DNA of 63,880 nt, the filler included, from Collodictyon triciliatum (taxonomy: Eukaryota), in the NCBI GenBank assembly GCA_043381765.1. It is 7 parts of 7 records of this genome, joined end to end, with 100 filler letters (N's around TTAATTAATTAA, not from the genome) between each part and the next. Parts side by side here need not be neighbours in the genome. Positions count along the whole stretch, not along the records: positions 51,563 to 61,764 come from JBHJMP010002757.1; positions 61,865 to 63,880 come from JBHJMP010002836.1; 5 more parts are not named here. One strand, given 5' to 3'. The notes below the pieces were generated by a model that had not been told where the DNA came from, did not search any database, and worked only from the letters and a program-made list of their open reading frames with translations. How positions within the stretch are numbered: position 1 is the first letter of the stretch; the number at the start of each line of letters is the position of its first letter. The position numbers were made by a program, and so were the translations under genes. Of the stretch, positions 58,920 through 63,880 are shown piece after piece.

Positions 58920-60924
58920 ATGCTCACGCAACCAGCCACAGAAGCGCCAACGCCAGCACGACGCGTGGAAGTGGAAGTGGAAGCGGAAGCGGTGGCGTCT
59001 GCCCTGGGGAGACTGGGAGTGGCAGAGGCGGGGACGGGAGGGGCGACGCCGGGGGACGGCTGCGCAGAGGCGGGGGACGTGGATGCGCGCGATCGCAGCG
59101 GGGCGACACTGCTGATGCTGGCGGCGCGGAGCGGGAGCGTGTCGGAGGCGGCGGGGCTGCTGGAGCGGGGGGCGGATGCTGCGGCACGGGACAGCAGCGC
59201 GCGCACGGCGTTCCACGAGGCGGCGGGGGGCGGGCACGCGGGGGTGCTGCAGCTGCTCCTGCCGCGCGCCCCGCAGGCCGTGTGGGATGCGCCCGATGCG
59301 GATGGCGACACGCCCCTGGTCGATGCCGTCGTCGCCGAGGCCTGGGATGCCGCCGCCCTCCTCCTGCGCCACGGCGCCCGCCTGACCCCGCCTGCCCGCG
59401 GCGCCGCCGCCCCCTGGGACACCCTGCCGCCCGCCTGGAGGGCCCGCGTCCATGCCGAGTAAGGCGCCTGCCCACACTCCACACTCCACACTCTGCACTC
59501 TGCACCTGCCCACCAGCGCTAACCGCACCCCCCATCCGCAGATTCGGCGGCGTGCGCACCGATCTCCCGCCGCTGCCCGAGCCCTCTGCGGACCGCGTGC
59601 CTGCCGTGCACCTGCCGCCGCCCGAGGCTGCCGCGCCGTCTGCCGCGCCCGACGCGCTGTGGCGCCCGCCGCCGAGCCCGCTGCACACGCGCCTGTCCGC
59701 GGCCGGCCCGCTGCGCATCGTGGGGACGCAGCACGACGTGGCGCCGCCGTTTGTGGTGGAGTGCGAGGGCCCGCACCCCCTGCCGCCGGCCGCGCTCGTG
59801 GTGGTCGGGACGCTGCTGGACGCCTCGCTGCGGCCGCTGCCCGCCTCCGAGCCCCCTGCGGCTGCGCCCGTCCTGCTCTCCGGCAACGTGGAGCGCGTCG
59901 GCCACCACCGCGCCGTCTTCCGCCGCATGCGCTTCACCCCCGCCGCAGACACGCGCGGCCACGTCCACTACCTGCAGTTCTTCTGCTACGAGCACTACGG
60001 CACCCCCGACCAGCGCCTCGTCGGCTTCTCCAACCGCCTCCCCATCGTCGTCGTCCACACCCTCGACGCCGCCCGCACCCCCCACGCCGACCCCCTCGTC
60101 GCACGCCTCCTCATGGCAAAGGACCTCCCCGTGCGCCTTCCTTCCCTCCATCTACGCGCATTCATGCCTTATTCGTCCAGCCACTCATCGCCACCCCCGC
60201 CACATCCAGGACCTCCCCTGGCAGCACAGGTTTCCCTGGAAGGTCCTCGCCGCTCCGCTGCCCGCCCACTTCGCCCAGCGCGCCGGGGCTGCCCGCACGC
60301 TGCTCCCCCGTGATCTCCTCTACCTTCGAGGCCGCGTGGCGCATTTGATCGGTGGGTGCTGCCTTCTCCACATTAGGCACCGTATCCCCTTCTCTCTTTC
60401 TCTTTTTCTCTCTCGGCACAAAAGAAGCAACCAGTCACCCGGCCTGACCACCCCACCCCCCTGCAGACTCGGACGGTCGGCTCACGCTGCTTGCGTTCCA
60501 GGAGCACTGCCTTGGGTGGCTGCATGGGGCCGCTGAGCTCCTTCAGCACGACCCGGTGATCCGTGGGATGTGGGACACCGGCCTGATTCATGGCTTCATC
60601 GCGCGCACACAGGCGGAGGAGCTCCTGCGCACAGTTGAGCGGCACACCATGTGCATCCGCTTCTCAGACTCTGACAACGGTGTCCTCACCGTGGGCTTTG
60701 TGCCCCCGTCTTCCTCTTCATCCTCCCAATCAACTCACGCGAGTGCGGCTCCGCCCGTTGCCTGGGCAAAGATTTCTCCGGAATCTCTTCGTGCCGAGCG
60801 CCTCGTCGACATTCTCTTGAAGAGCAAAATCCCTCGAATCGTCGATGCAGTCGGTCAGACTCTTGTCTCTGCTGTTGTCCTCCGCGAGGCTGAGGCTGCA
60901 CCCTATGCATCCGTCCTCCACTGA
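58920..60924 (+). CDS. Ankyrin-repeat + STAT-like (DNA-binding/linker/SH2) protein; exons 58920-59458, 59542-60130, 60210-60351, 60467-60924 (575 aa)
   Basis: Three ANK repeats (DRSGATLLMLAA, DSSARTAFHEAA, DADGDTPLVDAV); beta-rich central domain; STAT linker FPWKVLA..HFAQR..RTLLPRDLLYL; SH2 MWDTGLIHGFIARTQAEELL..TMCIRFSDSDNGVLTVGFV; C-terminal PY; all junctions GT-AG and in frame. Confidence 0.85.
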
Positions 60925-61550
60925 TTCCTTGGCCTGCTGTCAAGTTCCCTGTGTCCCCCTCCATACCAAATCATTTCCCCAGTATACATACCCTTACGCG
61001 TTAAGTTTTTGCATTTCTTTCTTGCATCCAGCCACTCCCACACCTGCTCCTCTCCCTGACTCCTGCTCTTATTATAGTTCTCTCCATCTATCTCCATATC
61101 TTCGTCTCTCCTTCTGACTCTCCCAAACTCTCTGGTCTATTTCCATACTCTCGAGTGTGAGCCATCCGACACGTTCCCTTCTTCCATTAATTGAGCAAAG
61201 CAACCGCTGTCTTTGCAAACCGATAAACGCAAGCGAAACAAGCCGGAACCAGATGTCATCACGTTTGAACCCATGATGCCTACACTGCGTCGAGAACGCA
61301 TCCACTCCACCCCCAGTTCCTAACCCGATTAAAGCGGAGTATCGATCGGCGAATCAAATCTCTGTTGCGATGGGCTTTCTATGCCATGATGCCCAAGCCC
61401 CAGCCTAACTTGCGTCTACGTCCACGGCGGGCTGGGCGTTAGAACAGGAGAATAGAAACTAGTCGATGCAAAGAGTCTGGTTTACAAGTGAACTATCTTT
61501 ACTTTGTTTTGTAATATTTGTATACTTTTTTTTCCCTTTCGTCTAGGAGG

Positions 61551-61601
61551 ATGAGACGTGGGCCGGGAATCAGCGGACTGCAGAAGCAGCAACAAGTTCA
61601 G
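61551..61601 (+). CDS. SNF8: First exon of ESCRT-II subunit VPS22/SNF8 (rest lost at the spacer)
   Basis: MRRGPGISGLQKQQQVQ followed by a GTAATT donor; resembles the VPS22 N-terminus (MRRRPGIGGLQK-type); short match only. Confidence 0.55.
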
Positions 61602-61668
61602 GTAATTCTTACAATTGCGTCTCTCTTAACTCTAGGAACAATATCTTTTCACTTCCCTTTGTTTTCAC

Positions 61669-61764
<96 letters not shown>

Positions 61765-62652
61765 NNNNNNNNNNNNNNNNNNNNNNNNNNNNNNNNNNNN
61801 NNNNNNNNTTAATTAATTAANNNNNNNNNNNNNNNNNNNNNNNNNNNNNNNNNNNNNNNNNNNNGAAAAGTAAAGATAACACGTAAGTGGCCATAGGAAA
61901 GTTATGTTTCACCGACTGCGAGTCTTCAGTGGTTGAGTCCTTATCAGGCGAAGATTGATAAAGAGAAGAGACAACAAAGGACAGCCTCACCAATGTTCGA
62001 CATGTTATTTCCTGTGATGATCCGTTGGCTTCCTTATTGCTTTTCTTGATGCTCAGTCACGTCTCTGTTATATTTCTGTCTGAAACCGTTTGGTGCCGCA
62101 ATACAAACCTACGTGATACATTGCCACAGATACGCTCTTAATCAACCATAAAAAAAAAAAGCTACACAGACTCTCGTTTATGTTCGGTAGTAAAGATTAT
62201 TTGGTGGCAAAAGATGGTAAACTCGGGTGCGATCGCTTCATCATCTTTGTGGACATGTTTATCTGATTGCATAATGCTCTTCAATCACCCCATTTTCTTT
62301 CGAACTGATCCTCGACAAGCTGCATGCGTTTAGGAGAGTTCCTGGGTCGACGATCGCTCGTGTTCATATTTGTGCGTCTTTGTGGTTGAGTTTGTCTTGC
62401 GTCAAGTGCATTACGTTCTCAGATCCAAAGGCGTTTCGTTGCGTTCGTCTTTTGCGTTGTGGGGTGCTCGGAAAATTTTGAATTTTTGAATTTTTTAATA
62501 TTTTAAATTATATTTGGATTGCTTAGAATGGTATGTAAACTCGTGCTTTTACTGTGCGGACATAGCCAGCCCGCTTCACATAATCTCTAATTCGATACTT
62601 TATGGGTATATATCGATATCATAAGTCATTTATAAGTCAGCTATAAGTTATT

Positions 62653-63600
62653 TTATTCGTCTTTATTTCCGGAGCTATTGCTGATTTCTTCGAAAATCTG
62701 AGTGATTTTTTCTCTGGCAATCAGCAAAGCCTCGTCTCTCAAGGAAGGGATGTATGTGGGATATGTTGTGTGACTGACAATCGCGGATGCAGCTAGACCG
62801 AGTGGGATGAATGCGCGGAACCAGCCTATCAAAGGTATGAGAATAAAAAGATAAAGAAATAGGGATATCAAGCGTACTTTGGCGAACAACAATTTTAAAG
62901 AAGTCTTGACGATTTGTGAATTATTCTTATTTATATCTAGATGGTTATGATTGTGATGGGTGTTATGAAATTGTGCTACAGTTGTGCTTGTAATACCATG
63001 AGAAAGAGCCGATTACTTGCAAGGCATTATTTAAGCAGAAAGAATGAAGAAAAATAATATAATCTATAGCTTGAAAATAAAAAAATATACCTCTTTTGAG
63101 GGAAAGCAAAGAAACTGCAGAGCCAGAGCCCACAACCAAGTACCGTGGGTCATCCCGGATTACAGAATGGGTTTCTAGATTATTTCGAGCGAGATTGATA
63201 AGACACATAACAATCGATATCGAAAGCTTATATCTATCAAATAACTCTTAGTTTTTAATAAATAGAAAATATAAACAATTATGTGTAAGCTGTGATTGGC
63301 GATGTTTAAAAGAATGGAGCAAGCGTTAGAGAGGGATTTGTCATGTCTAAGGTAGGGACAAAATACTAATAAATGTGGTACAATTGGGGCATGAAAACAG
63401 TCAAAAAAATAAAATAAAATAAAAAGGACGGCATCAACAATTGTCCATCCAACGATATTCGAGTGCGATATATGAGGATTTACCCGAAGTTGTTTTAGAG
63501 ACAAATGCTTGTAACTGGCTGTATTTCTCTTCTGCTGTGGATAGTGCTCCCTAGAATAATACGATGCAGTATATAAGCGTTCTAGTCTATTGCTTAGCAT
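62653..63600 (-). CDS. Spliced small membrane protein, possibly MICOS MIC26/MIC27 (ApoO family), 5' end unresolved
   Basis: In-phase splice 63091/62825 gives DPRYLVVGSGSAVSLLSLKR-GWFRAFIPLGLAASAIVSHTTYP: two hydrophobic segments separated by a basic hinge and ending in YP, as in ApoO-family proteins. Confidence 0.4.
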
Positions 63601-63880
63601 AGATTAATGTTGATGAGAAAGTTTTTCTATGATATGTACTCTAACTTTTATTTCATTTTATTTTCTTCATAAAAATACTTTTTATTTCTCTGTTTCTTTC
63701 TGTATTGTTTCTTTCTGTATTGTTTCTTTCTGTATTGTTTCTTTCTTTTTGTTTCTTTCATTTTTGTTTCTTTCATTTTTGTTTCTTTCTGTGTTGTTCC
63801 TTTTTTGTTTCTTTTTTTGTTTCTTTTTTTGTTTCTTTTTTTGTTTCTTTTTTTGTTTCTTTTTTTGTTTCTTTTTTTGT

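Noticed and set aside
58775-60536. Several long overlapping ORFs on both strands
   Set aside because: Shadow ORFs caused by high GC; only the spliced ANK-STAT model has recognisable domains

Overview
Intron-rich, AT-rich eukaryotic draft assembly. It is probably an amoebozoan-grade protist or another unicellular amorphean (inference from the Roco kinase, Dictyostelium-type STAT, CX2CX18CX2C GATA finger and mitochondrial-type IleRS). Six artificial 100-bp spacers (N44-TTAATTAATTAA-N44) join contigs whose adjacency is not supported, and several genes are cut at them. Conserved genes: DDX41/abstrakt (3'-partial), SMC1, CANT1-type apyrase (5'-partial), the C-terminus of mitochondrial-type IleRS, a dynamitin/DCTN2-like gene, SNF8/VPS22 exon 1, a possible MIC26/27-like gene, tRNA-Lys(CTT) and a large coiled-coil gene. 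Mobile DNA: a decayed Helitron, two copies of a non-LTR retrotransposon 3' fragment, and two small fold-back elements. Four items stand out. (1) An intronless 1910-aa ORF combines zinc fingers, a domain with tyrosine-recombinase catalytic motifs and a RecQ helicase; it is a candidate YR-helicase mobile element resembling fungal telomere-linked helicases. (2) A four-exon gene has a GATA zinc finger inserted inside a complete Suppressor-of-fused (SUFU) domain. (3) An ankyrin-repeat/STAT-like SH2 transcription factor. (4) A Roco kinase with 69-nt one-LRR cassette exons, a non-RD kinase, putative SAM domains and a CaaX box. All domain calls come from motif recognition by eye, not database searches.
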